From Chrysomallon squamiferum (lineage: Eukaryota > Animalia > Mollusca), in the NCBI GenBank assembly GCA_012295275.1, contig CM022679.1, forward strand, positions 1,984,001 to 2,048,000: 64,000 nt of DNA, in the 5' to 3' direction. The notes under the pieces were generated by a model. The model was not told where the DNA came from and did not search any database. It saw only the letters and a list, made by a program, of their open reading frames with translations. Position numbers and translations under genes: made by a program. Of the stretch, positions 12,082-24,620 are shown piece after piece. The first letter of the stretch is position 1; the number at the start of each line of letters is the position of its first letter.

Positions 12082-15000
12082 TATTTTTGTACTTTCTTTT
12101 CCTATATTTTGTTTATACTTCTTGTTTTCTTTCTCTCTCTCACTTCTTTTTCTTTCTCTTTCTGACTCTTTTTGTCAAGTGTAGAGCTGTAACTGTCATA
12201 AAAATAAGATTGATAATAAATGTGTTATTTCTAATTTCAGAATGCCTGGAGACTCAGGACTGGAGTATGAAGTTGTACAGATGCCTTGTGGATGTATCCT
12301 TTATAAACTCTTCAGTAATATTTTTTAACTATCTTGTCCTCACTGTATGTGATAGGTGTCAGTATGGGGCATGTCTGTAAGACTATAAATCTATGCTTAT
12401 ACAAGGTGTGTGTGTGTTTCTGTATGTGTTTGAGTAAGTCCTGGTTTGTGTGTGTGGGTAAATGTGTGTTCATATTGCTATATATGTTATGAATGCTATA
12501 TTTCTGTGTAAGTGTATATTTCAAATACAAAGTGTGTTTCTTAACACAGAAAGTTATCTACCAACTGCAGCTGTTTTCTACGTGGGGAGATCAGTATTAC
12601 ATCGGTCTGAATGGACTCGAGTTCTACGATTCTTGTTTTAATCTCATACAACTGATGGACAACAGTAAGTTCTATATTATTCTTAATACTCTTGTTCTGT
12701 TTTTTATATTACTGTTGTTATTATTATTATTATTATTATTATGACTTCTTATTATTGATATGATTGTTATTATTATTATGACTGATCACTGTTATTGTTG
12801 TTGTTATGATTATTATTATTATTAATCTGACTCTGAAATTTTGTTTTGTCAGACATCACTGCATATCCAGACAGCGTCAACGTGTTGGATAACGTACACA
12901 ACGATGTGCGCACACCGGATAAACTGATTGACGGAGTAAACAGTACAACAGACGGAAGACACATGTGGCTGGCTCCAGTTCTACCAGGAACAGTCAGTAT
13001 TTTTATATTTATTATACAACATGGTATGTACATCACAGATCACAGTTCTACCAGGAACAGTCAGTATTTTTATATTTATTATACAACATGGTATGTACAT
13101 CACAGATCACAGTTCTACCAGGAACAGTCAGTATTTTTATATTTACAACATATAATGTACATCATAGATCACAGTTCTACCAGGAACAGTCAGTATTTTT
13201 ACATTTACAACATGGTATGTACATCACAGATCACAGTTCTTCCAGGAGTAGTCAGTATTTTTATATTTATTATACAATGTGTTACGTAAATCATAGACCA
13301 CAAAAGGTACCTATACTTATACATGCATATCATTTTAGTCTAATCTTTGCTTCTCTTACATTCTGTCTTTTTCAGTCTGACTCTCTCTATATCTCTCTAT
13401 CCACTCTTTGTCTCTCTGTCTGTCTGTCTATTATTTATCTGTCTCTCTCTCAGGTTCTAAAAAAAAAATTTTGATTAAAACAATAGCCCTTATTGAAGCT
13501 GATATATTTTTTAAGATGTTTTTGGATTATCTGTTTTTCTCACATTTTAGATGAATCGTGTGTATGTGATATTTGACCAGCCAACCAGCATTTCAATGAT
13601 AAAAATCTGGAACTACAGTAAGACGCCAACTCGAGGAGTGAAAGACTTTGCAGTAAGTTGTCTCTGTCTTTTAAACCCTGTGCTAATTTTATAACTGAGA
13701 ATAAGATCACTGACATGCTAAATAGTTTGTTACTTCATAAAATGTTTTTAGATGAAATATCTCATTTTAAATGTTTATTTAAAACTTACAGAATTTTTTT
13801 TTTTTTTTTTTTTTTTGTGACTTTCGTTTCCCCCTCTCCGCCTTTGGTTGATGATATATTGTACTTAAGTTTCTCAAAAACTTAAAATATTTAATAAAAT
13901 AACATTTATGTTCTTTAAAGGAAATTTAAAATGTGACAGTTTTTACATAACTTGAAGTTTTAAATACCTAGAGAACTTTTTAAACAAATGTTTAATTTAT
14001 AGCATTAATTTAAAAAAATAATAATAATAATAATAATAAATAATAAAAATAAGACGTTTTAAAATGTTCTGCCGATATTAACAACTAGTTTAGCATGTTG
14101 TAGTTTTTTATTAAAAAGAGTAGCTTCCATAATCATATAAAGACTATTGGGGTTGTTTTTTTTTGTTTAAATTGTCGTGGTGTAAAATTGTTTACGGGCA
14201 ATGTGTAAGAAGTTTAACTGTCTGTGCAGCTGCTGGTGGATGATCTGCTCATCTACAACGGCTGTCTGAGAATGGTGCCGCAGGGAGCACGCGGAATCCT
14301 GCCCACGTGCGAGGGCACGCAGCCGTACCACACTGTTCTCTTCACCAACAACAAGGAAATTCTTAAACGAGAGAAAAACACAATCATCAGGTATTTTCTG
14401 TTTAAGAAATTAATCTGTGCTCTGTGTTTGTATGAGTGAGAGAGACAGAAAGACAGACAGAGAGAGAGAAAAAGAGAACAGAAAGAAAGAAAGGGTACGA
14501 TAAGAAAGTAGTACGAAGATAAAAAAAAATATGAATATGTAGGCTGTTTTAGGTTGTTGGGGTTTTTCTGTTTTATCATTTCCTTAACTTTTTTCAATAT
14601 TTATTTTAACTTTCTGTTGCAGTAACCAGCCACAGGACCAGGACGTTCAGCTGTTAAATGACAAGAAAATTGTCACAAAGTATTCAGATCCTAAAACTGC
14701 ACAAATGGGAAAACCGGCCAACCAGGGTAAGAACTCAGTTAAACTTTAATAATAAAACTGACATTGTTCATTATGTTAAATTATTCTTTTCATTACCAAA
14801 CACAAATTAGAATTAAAAGAGAAACTTGCTTTCCTCCACTAATAAATTATATAATTTCAAATATATATATTATCTGGTGAATAGAAGACAACAGTAATAA
14901 GAATAATAATAATAAAAAACCATGAACAGCCATAATGGTAATAGAAATAACAATAAGAACAAGAATAATGATAATAAAATTATGTAGATTGGTTAGTTTA

Positions 15001-15642
15001 ATTAAGATTATATTTTTCTATTAGGGTACTGTGTGTGATTAAAAGCTAGAATGATTTGTATTACCGTAATATATTCAGTGTAGATGACCGGATGACTATC
15101 ATAAAATATGGATCATTATTTAAGATATTTAAGAAATTACAAACAAATGTGGAATCTTAGCTTAAAATGTTTTTAAAAATTCAGAATTTTCATATAAAAT
15201 TGTTTTATAATTTGGAATCTTCATTTATTGTATTTAAAATATTATATTAAAATATAGAATCTTCTTGAAATATTTTTAAAATTAAGTCAAAATGTGGAAT
15301 GTTTATCTGAAATATTGAAAAAATTATATATAAAATGTGGAATCTTTACTTCAGATATTTAAAATATTACAATAAAATGTAGAATCTTTACATAAGATAT
15401 TTTAAAAATTATATTAAAATGTGGAATCTTTACTTGAGATATTTAAAATATTATATTAAAATGTGGAATCTTTTACATAAGATATTTAAAATATTATATT
15501 AAAATGTTGAATATTTACTTAAGATATTTAAAATATTATATTGAAATGTTGAATATTTACTTAAGATATTTAAAATATTATATTGAAATGTTCACTTTCA
15601 GCTCTTCGTCCTAAAACCAGTGTGCCTCTGAAGAAAAGATGA
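2210..15642 (+). CDS. KATNIP: Katanin-interacting protein (KIAA0556/KATNIP, DUF4457 repeats), 3' portion; 5' exons lie upstream of the window
   Basis: 22 phase-consistent exons: 2210-2309, 2794-3003, 3386-3441, 3848-3983, 5648-5685, 6099-6248, 6653-6740, 7309-7453, 7961-8158, 8564-8701, 9001-9138, 9638-9752, 10535-10712, 11076-11241, 11827-11978, 12241-12293, 12554-12664, 12853-12992, 13551-13652, 14230-14390, 14623-14726, 15602-15642 (TGA 15640-15642). Three repeats of the KATNIP motif set TWGD-x-[HY]Y-x-GL-x-G, [IL]IDGVN...HMWL-x-P, WNY-x-K...RG. C-terminus ALRPKTSVPLKKR resembles vertebrate ALRPKT. The first five exons are low-complexity and are supported mainly by phase and splice sites. 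Confidence 0.93.
6490..6664 (+). repeat. Tandem array (~34-40 bp, 5 copies) spanning a KATNIP splice acceptor
   Basis: Unit ttgacaaaagataataatatttcag|atgatgattttg, with tttcag acceptors ending at 6504, 6544, 6581, 6615 and 6652. The last one opens the real exon (DDDFDEYLRDME). Confidence 0.9.
9867..10554 (+). repeat. 32-bp minisatellite (~21 copies) spanning a KATNIP splice acceptor
   Basis: Unit atgtttacag|cactagagttaaacttcacttt. Variant units carry a 10-bp atcaaagttt insert. The final copy continues into coding sequence SLELNFTATWGD. Confidence 0.97.
12294..12553 (+). other. U12-type (minor spliceosome) GT-AG intron in KATNIP
   Basis: 5' site GTATCCTTT (12294-12302) is the canonical U12 consensus. 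Branch-site-like TTTCTTAAC (12537-12545) lies just before AG 12552-12553, with no polypyrimidine tract. Splicing here restores MPCG|F-IYQLQLFSTWGD. Confidence 0.88.
12976..13277 (+). repeat. Tandem array (67,67,62,62 bp periods; 5 copies) spanning a KATNIP splice donor
   Basis: Unit cagttctaccaggaaca|gtcagtatttttatatttattatacaacatggtatgtacatcacagatca starting at 12976, 13043, 13110, 13172 and 13234. Confidence 0.95.
15090..15593 (+). repeat. ~42-bp intronic minisatellite ending just before the last KATNIP acceptor
   Basis: Unit aagatatttaaaatattatattaaaatgtggaatctttactt. Copies are increasingly degenerate toward the 5' side. Confidence 0.85.
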
Positions 15643-15845
15643 TCATCACAGTCCAAGAAATCATCAGTTTTACCATTTCTCATCCATCACACATCACTGA
15701 AATCCACTGGATTAGTTTTCGTCTGTATGTAAAAATATTGTCTCTGTTCTATTGTAGTCGTTTAAAAGTGATTATTCCTGCCATAACTTCCACAAGTGAC
15801 TTCAAATATTATTTTGAATATTTAATTTATTCTTCTTTTCTTTTT

Positions 15846-15877
<32 letters not shown>

Positions 15878-18589
15878 CTTGTTTTTAAAGCCATTTTTAA
15901 AATATTATAAATTTTTTGGAAGCTTCTAAGCTCTTGTAAATATAGCTACTCTGTGATAAATTGATTTGATTGCAAATGTTAACATTTTAATTACTCTTTA
16001 CCATTTCAAATATATTATTTCATTTGTTGTGACATAAATAACATGGTTGTCAGCTGTCTACAACAATGTGGTGGCAGAAATATATTTATATTTTTAATAT
16101 TACATTTTAATATTTATAATTTGCAACAAGTGTTATCAAAATGTATTTCTAACATCAACAACCAGTTAAGTGTTTTGTAAATGAGTAGCAACTATAATGA
16201 TGTAAATTTTGTACAAACCGCATAAATCACAATGAGACGTATGAATTTTTCTATTAAAAAACAACAAAAGACTTTGTTATTGATCCAAATACAAAATGCT
16301 GAGACAGAATGTATATGTGTATATATGTTAATATGTGTGTGTACATGAGTGATGTGTGAATGTGTGCATTTTCATGAATGTATATAATTTGAGGTTAAGA
16401 AAATTTTGTAAGTTTTAATTCAATCATGCTTAAAATGAAATAGTCTGACATAATAATAATAATCATACCCATGATTTTTATTCACTATGAAAAATTATCT
16501 TTACAATTCTTTTTATTTATATTTATATATGTTTCAAGGTTGTTGGTTTGTTAGGTGAAATCTCAGTGTGTATAGTTATTAAAAATGTGTTATCCTATCA
16601 AAACTTAATATGCAAATTGTTGTCTGCTGCTATTAAATGTATTTAATATTGTTACACACTGAAATGTGTCCTAGTTTCACACAGGGAATCAAAGGTTAGG
16701 TATTTTACAAATATTTGAGATGTTTTAAGTATCAGAACATAAGCTTTAAAGTGCTATAAGTGTCACTGATGTGCATCAAGAATCAAAATGAAGCCACTGA
16801 GTTTTATGTGTGGCTCTGTTAAGGGAACATTTTAGGATGTAACCAGGCAGTTTTCAACTTTGAATTCAGTTTTGTTAATCTTTGTTGAAAATTCATTAAT
16901 TAATCAAATCAAAATAGTTCATAATTATCAATGATTACTACTCAGTTCTGTACCTTTCAGAGAAACAGGTCTCAAGTATACATGAAATAATGTGTTACTA
17001 AAAACATCATGTAGATAAGGTTGTTATTCACAAAAATATACACATGTAGAATAATGTAATAAAAGTTGAAAATGTCTGAAACATGTACATGTGATACTGT
17101 ATTATAAATGAAAATATTTGTGTGTAAAAGTTAAATAATGTGTTGCTTGTTACTTAGCAGTATGTTACAGGTTTGTGACGAAAAATAAACACTGGGTTTG
17201 TGTAACATGCTAACTGCATGTTTCAGTGATATAAGATTTGATAGCAACACAATTTTCTAAATGCAGACATTTTGTACATTTTCATGAGTACGTGAACCAT
17301 GTAAAGTCACAGAGGTGAACAAAGAAGTCAGACGAGAACCTCATTAAAATGTTACACAGCTTCCTGAACAGGTGTTTATAAAACTGAAGTTACAACATAT
17401 ATTTTATATAATAATATATTACTCCAAATTAAATCCTACATCAAATAAATAAAACTTCCGGTAGAACAGATGAAGATTTATGATCAAGTTGTCTGTGTGT
17501 TGTAATTTTGAACTTGTTTATTTGAAAATGCAAATTTTATACACACTGCAGATATATTTACATTGTTCATTGCAGCTTGATCATTCTTAATGCAGTAAGA
17601 AATCCTTTATAACATTCATTCTGTTTGTACAAGATATAAATATTCACTATTGCCCACCCTATAACCAGTTTTAAATCAGAAATATTTATTTTCCTGTACA
17701 TTTAATATGTGTATATATATATATATATATATAAAATATATATATATATAAAAGATAAAAAATACATTTTTCACATAACTTCATAACCTACTTTACGACA
17801 GAATTTTAAAGACATAAATGTGATCCTGTAAAAAAAAACATTACAAGTATAAAAAATAAAAATGTTTTCACACACCTTCATAACACATTTAATGATATGA
17901 ATTTTAAAAAATGATGTTATCTTTTAAATTTTAGTTGTACAGTGATAAAAACAAACAAAATGCACTTAGCTGAAGTACATCACAGTGGCTTGAAATTAAT
18001 TTTTAAATTGTACAATGATACCCTTGGGCAATAGTATGTGCAGATGCAATGAAAACAAGAACTGTGTCAGACATAAAATAAATTATATTACATGTTATGA
18101 TTCATCAGGTTAGCTTCTCATTACATCAAACTATAAATATTCTGTGATATAATTATTAATTTTCTACATTCAAAAGGTTTAAATGTATCATATCACTCTA
18201 TCCCAAAAGGTCTGTCGTATTTATATTAGTTACTATACACTAAAGCATCAGATCTGAATTGTTTAAAGTTTAATTCACTGAACTGTACATTTTAAGCTGT
18301 TTATGTTGTCATTTTCAAGTGTTCTTGATTTTTAAATACATAACAGTGGACATTTTATTTGATGAAATCAATTTGTCTCCTAAGTTTGAAAATGTTTTTA
18401 ATTTTTTTAATGTTTTTTTTTTTATTATTACATAATAAGGTTAATCACTGAAATTTCTCCCAAATGTAATAAATTAATATATTAAATTTCCCTCAGAAAT
18501 AGAAACTGCATGGTTTTTTTTTGGTTTTTAAATTTATTTAGTTTTTTATTTGGTTATTTTTATATATATATATATATATATCATTTATT

Positions 18590-18621
<32 letters not shown>

Positions 18622-20905
18622 TAGAATATGAAACAGCATTATGACTTAAATGATCTGAATTTTGAAATCCTATGATTAGTATATTAGTTTGTATTATTTT
18701 ATATTTCTAATATCTATTTTAAATTTTTGATTAACATTGATCCGATGTCTGTTATCATATGTTTATTATATACATGGCATTATTATTCTTCATATTTTGT
18801 CCAATTAGAAATCCTTTAGCATTATCTTCATTTAGTACATAAAACATACACAAAGATATACAACACTTATTGGTTATAAATGTTATTTATTTTAGCAGGA
18901 ATTTAATAATTCATTGGGGAATAAATATTTACATTTGTCAATATAAAAAAGTAGTCCCATACAGGCTGTATTTAGATTTAATGTAAACAAACTATTGCTT
19001 ACAGCATCAAAGTCTGACACATGTGATCAGAATAATATATTTTTAACAAAAAAATAAAACTATAATTGCAGAATTTGTTAATTAGATTAATAAATTTCTT
19101 AAATATGAAATATAAATAAATAAATATAATATGTACATTATAAGATGTTTACTAACCGAATTAACAGTTAACAAATTATTGCCTAATCCTGCAATTACTT
19201 TTATTTTAATAATTATTATTATAATTTTTTGTTTTGTCAAAAATTGTAAAAATTAATAGTTTCTACAGTTTTCATAGCTTGGAGCTTCACAGGTGTATAA
19301 ATCCTAACATTAATCTGAATGAAGTATTGTGATTGTAGATGTCAGAAATTAACAGTATATTGTACATTGATCATTTTGAATTATTGTTAATTCTGATCAC
19401 ATCATAGTAATTGTTTATAAAAAAAAGAAAAATTTAAAAAAAAGTGTATTTTATTTCTGAGCCAGGTTGTTTTATTTTTGTTAGCAAAACTAGTATAAAC
19501 ATACACTACATTTTATTTATTTATTAACAGTAATAAATTAATATTAAATAATAAAGGACAGAGAACATTGGATATTGGGTGTCAGCATTAATTAAAATAT
19601 AATTTAAAATATAAATAGATAAATAAAATAATGTTTGATGTTTTAAAAAGTAATATGTGATATCCAGACATTACAGATACACCAGTGTGTCTAAAAGTAA
19701 AACAGAAATGTAATATCAAGTCTGTAATAAAAATTAATAACAGCATTGCAGTAAGTCAATTTATCTCAACAGTATACTAAAAATGTATTTTTAAAACTTC
19801 CTATGACTGAATTCCATCAAAACCTAACTATACCGAGTTCTATTCTGCAGAAATAAATTACACCGGTTTCTGTTAGCCATGAATTTTTCTTTTGGTTTTT
19901 GTTTTAAAATCACATTAACAAAGATGATCTTTAAAAATAAATAAATAAATAAATGCACTAAGTTTAAAAACAACATTTAAAAACATTTATCAGTGGTGTT
20001 GGAACAGAAAAAAGAATCAAAGAATTCAGAATGTTTTATTTTCTAATTACATACCAGTGATTTAGTATCTGCCATTTTTAAAACTAGTTTTCTTTGTGCC
20101 TTGTTTGTATGTGAAAAGTGCACATGCTGAGAAACTACATAACAAAGGAGTGACCCATAACATTTTTGAATAAACATTTAAAAAAGACAGAAATCTTAGC
20201 TGTAAAGTTATTTCCATGAAAGTCAATAGGACTTCCTGTAATTTAATCATTTTAACATGTACCCGATTGTTGATAATGGTACGTTCCATACAATAAACTA
20301 CAAATGTAGATGCATTTATACTGAATTCTGAAAACCGATAAAAGAAAACTTAATGTGGAAACTGAAAATCAAAGCAGTATTTATTTATTTATTTATTTTT
20401 TAAGAAATAAAATCAAAAAGTTAAAATAATGAGATCTCCCAGATACACAAGTGTTGACTGTCACTGACTTTCTGTGTCTGTTGTTGAAACAGTAATAAAA
20501 ATTACAGAATCAAGTGTTTGCAAGAAACGTATTTATAATGTATTATACTATTTTGTAAAACCAGGTCACACTGTCAAAGCCTATCATTTCAGATACTGAG
20601 CATATAATAAACACTTTTATACAAAACTGTTTTGTTTGTTTATTTGGCTCATCTGGTTTTGTTGCTGTTTTCTTGTGAAGTGAATATAGCCTGTCTAACA
20701 TGTTAATGTATGAAATAAAATTTGTGTTACTATACTTAAGAAACAATTTGTTTGAACTGAGTAGGCAATATGAATAATTATGACAATGAATTTAAAATAA
20801 ACATAGGAATAATGATCTTTCATATCTGTTGTGGGAAATATCCAGATTATTTAGACAATCTCATACTCAAGTTTTTTCTTTTTTTTTCCATTTCTTTTTT
20901 TTATT

Positions 20906-20968
<63 letters not shown>

Positions 20969-22071
20969 TATACATCTTTTATTACTTTTTTAAAATATAA
21001 TAAAAATATTAATCATGTTGCAGAACTTAATATTGTTTTTTCATTTTGACATTAAAAGTATATCCATAGGACAATATCACACAGAATGTACTTCTTGATT
21101 AAATTTTATTCAAAAACATATGAAGTCATGTTTACTGAACAACTGAAAAACACAAAACTAAAAAAAACAATTAAAAAAAAAATAAAATCTGACTAAACAG
21201 GTTGTATTTATTCCACCATTCCGTGTACCAGTTTATCAGCTTTTTTCTCTCATCAATCTTTCGTGCATCTTTTTAGCTGTGGAATGACTAATTTTTATAG
21301 CAACATCGCTTGCTTACAAGATTTTTTAAAGATGATTCATAATTTAAAAAAAAAAATCACTTAAGACTGGACATCCACAAAGAATAGATTTATATATGTA
21401 TTCTTTTTAAAGATAAACGCATGATATTACTGGTAAAATAAAAACTAAACTATATATACATGCACATAATTTACTATTTAGAACAAACTCTGAATAACTT
21501 TTTATTTGTTACTTTTACCTGCCTACATCAAAACAAAAATCTTCCATGTCCAAAAGCAAATATAAGACAGTTAAAACCTTTAACCGAGATATTTAGATTA
21601 TTTAAATGGATCCAAAAAATGTTGAACTGAGATTTAAAATCCTAAATTTTTTTTCATCAATACTGATATGTACTCTGAAAATAGCCATCCTCACTCTTTT
21701 CATCTTCCAAATCCAACCACCCACTCTTGTTTACATGTACATATATATTTTATAGAAGATACTAAAACTAAACAACAAAACAAGAATATTTCCAGTTTAG
21801 TTTACCAGTTTAATTTAATGACACATCAAGAATACGTGTGGCCACAAAACACACTTCAGTCTGACAAGAATATTTACACATGTGATTTAACTAGTTATGT
21901 TCCAAAATTATGAGCTAGATTGAATTTGCTTAAATTTTCTTTTTTATTTTATTAATTTGTGTACATTTCAGCTACATTCCCAATTAAAAAACCTGTGTAA
22001 AACTAAAAATAAAAATGTTCATGAAGGCTTCAAGCACACAACATGAATATAACCCTAAAAAAAATATCCTC

Positions 22072-22920
22072 TCATATTTTCCCTGCAAAGATTCCGTTTT
22101 CTCTCTGTTCGTCCCATTTTTCAATCTGTAAAAAAAAAAAAACAGTAATAATAATATTAACGATATAGTAATAATCTTAGCCAACAGCATATTCACAAAC
22201 ATACAGACTTTGAAAAATTAAGCCATCAACTACATAATTTTAAAAATAAAATGTAATTCAAAAGTCTTATCGTAACTCTGTGGAGGAAAAAAAAATCATT
22301 GTTTTCTCATGTTACTCCAACAGCCAAAGAATTTTGTAATTTTTTGCAGTCCATTATATAATCAACAGAAAATATAGAGAAATATAAAAGGTTTGTTAAC
22401 TGTACTGTACAAGTAAACTATCTTTCACCAGGTACAAAACTTTCTCAACAGATTCTTTTTCTAAATTAACTAAAAAAAAAATCTTTTTTCTATAATAACA
22501 AAGTAAACCCTACCATGATTCTTACTGCACATGAATCTTCACTGTCTAACTATTACATCTACATCAAAATAAAACTTCTAAATGTTATCAAGATTGGCTC
22601 ATTTAAATTAAATTTGAAAACTCTTCTGAAGGATAACTGATCTTTTTGAAAGAGACAAACAAAGAGGAAGAAAACATACCCAGGAATTTGGGCAAAGTGA
22701 TTTGTACACTCTCTTGAAGTAGTCACATGGAGCATAATCTTCACCCTTTATTTTGTGGCATCGATGAAAATCTACATAGTTCTGCCAGCAGTTTCTGAAA
22801 AGATCAAAAAATAAATAATTTTACTACTATGTGTATGTATATGTCTGTACATGCGTGTTTGTGCATATGTGTGTTTGTGCATATGTATGCATATGTATGT
22901 ATGTATGTATGTATGTATGC

Positions 22921-22951
<31 letters not shown>

Positions 22952-23105
22952 TGTATGTATGTATGTATGTATGTTTTTTTTTTCACATACTAACTGTCCT
23001 CCAAAATATTTAAACATACCTCGTCTGGTTTTGATTGGGAAACCGAGCATCAAACGGAACAGTCTTCAGTTCATATTTTTCTCCAGACATGATAGCTGTT
23101 GACAT
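22072..23105 (-). CDS. COX6B1: Cytochrome c oxidase subunit 6B (84 aa)
   Basis: Exons 23105-23020, 22794-22680, 22125-22072 give [84 protein letters not shown]. This has the signature [16 protein letters not shown] and the Cx9C/Cx10C cysteines. GT-AG sites and phases are consistent. The start could be the second Met. Confidence 0.96.
22880..22973. repeat. (TATG)n microsatellite in COX6B intron
   Basis: Directly visible tetranucleotide array. Many other (AT)n, (ATT)n, (CT)n and (CA)n tracts occur throughout the window, e.g. (CT)n at 12029-12078. Confidence 0.95.
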
Positions 23106-23999
23106 AATACTGAAATATTATTTTTAAAAATTAAAAGTAGCAAACTTTTAAAATAAATACCATTACTGCACCAAGCACAATTTATTTTTTTATAAATATA
23201 TAATTTTTTTAATAGGAACTTTGTTTGTAACAATGACATATTATTATGATAAACAAAATGTATACATTATTAATACTCTTTGTGTCTTTAGAAAATTTGT
23301 CTTCACTTTGATATGTAAAGTACATCAAAGGTCACCTCAAAAATATTGCTTAATAAAGTAAAGGTCAATAAATAAATTCTTCACATATCTTTTATAAACA
23401 AAATTTAAATAAGGTAAGAAATAAAAAGTCATTATACAGTTTTAAATTCATAATGTCAAATCCATAAATTTGAAGGGCAAACACCCAATACAATAAAACA
23501 CTGAAAATAATTTGTTTCCAAAAAACATTACATCCAACTAGTTTTTATTTTACTAGTACTTTACTTCCAAGTTTATTTTTAAAAAACATAATAATGAAAG
23601 AAAAAAAAAATTGAAAAACAAAACAAATATATAAAAAAATATTTAATCTGATTATAAACGAATGCCACAGACAATTTATATACATCATAAATTATGTCAA
23701 TTCTGTTAATAAAACTATCATGTACTGCAATTAAAAAATAATAAGTTTCAATAAATTTTATATTTTGGTATCACAAACATTTCTACTGAATTATATTCTT
23801 TACCCTTTACGATACACTGAACATACCTGGAAAACTTGTACAGTACACTCACTATTGTTTCATTACATGGAATTAATTTAAAGTAAATATTGCAAATCAA
23901 TGTAAATAGTTCAATTATTTTTCACATAAATGTGAAAGAATAACTCGTAATAATATTCTTAAATTAAAAATTATTTTAAATATTTATAGTAACTTCAAA

Positions 24000-24620
24000 T
24001 TATAAGCAAAAAATTCTTACGCCAACAGAAAACTAGCTCTACCGACAAAGTCGACCACGATTCTTCTATGAACGTGATTGCGATACGTGCTCAGTAGCAC
24101 GTTTAACAGAGTACTTGAATTTACAAGCCGGTACCGATTTTAACTACACCAAAATGCTAAAATGGAACAGAAATCGTCTGAAATATGTTCAAATTTTTTA
24201 ATTGCCATTCACTGAAAACCAAATACTTACGAAAGAAATGACCTTCACGACCAGATTCAACAAAACGGAAAAGTCAGCACCCGGAAGTTGTCGACAAAGA
24301 GAGATAACTCGGATGTAGGGGAGCTGTCAGCAATGGGGGAATGTATTAAGAAAAACAGTTTGTAGAATTCATTTAAAATTTAAAAATATACGAAACAACA
24401 AATGCCACAATATACCGTTTATACATAATTTCAACTCGGTAAATTATTTTATTAATAAATTAAATTAAAATATTATTGCATTGAAAATCTGTACGTGGAA
24501 TTACATGACGGGATCTTCCCATTTAGATTTAGTACTGAGTTGTGTTTGGGTTGCGAATTTGTTTTAGTGGGGAAAAGTATCTGCGGCATGATATGTACAG
24601 CTTTGTAGACGATGTGACAG
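24000..24620. promoter_or_regulatory. Putative bidirectional promoter for COX6B (-) and MFSD13A copy 1 (+)
   Basis: Local CpG enrichment between head-to-head genes. ETS/GABP-like CCGGAAGT at 24281-24288. Minus-strand donors gtaagta (intron start 24230) and gtaagaa (24020) suit non-coding COX6B first exons. Confidence 0.6.

Noticed and set aside
14391-14622. Possible second U12 intron (TTCCTTAAC at 14580-14588)
   Set aside because: The donor is GTATTTTC rather than GTATCCTT, the motif is ~34 nt from the AG, and a normal pyrimidine tract is present.
21200-21280. Minus-strand exon-like segment after ccacag (could read KKMHERLMREKS*)
   Set aside because: No compatible donor or recognisable homology. 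It is probably UTR or intergenic sequence.
22772-23102. Overlapping HTYI/MYVC repeat ORFs
   Set aside because: Artefacts of the (TATG)n microsatellite in a COX6B intron.
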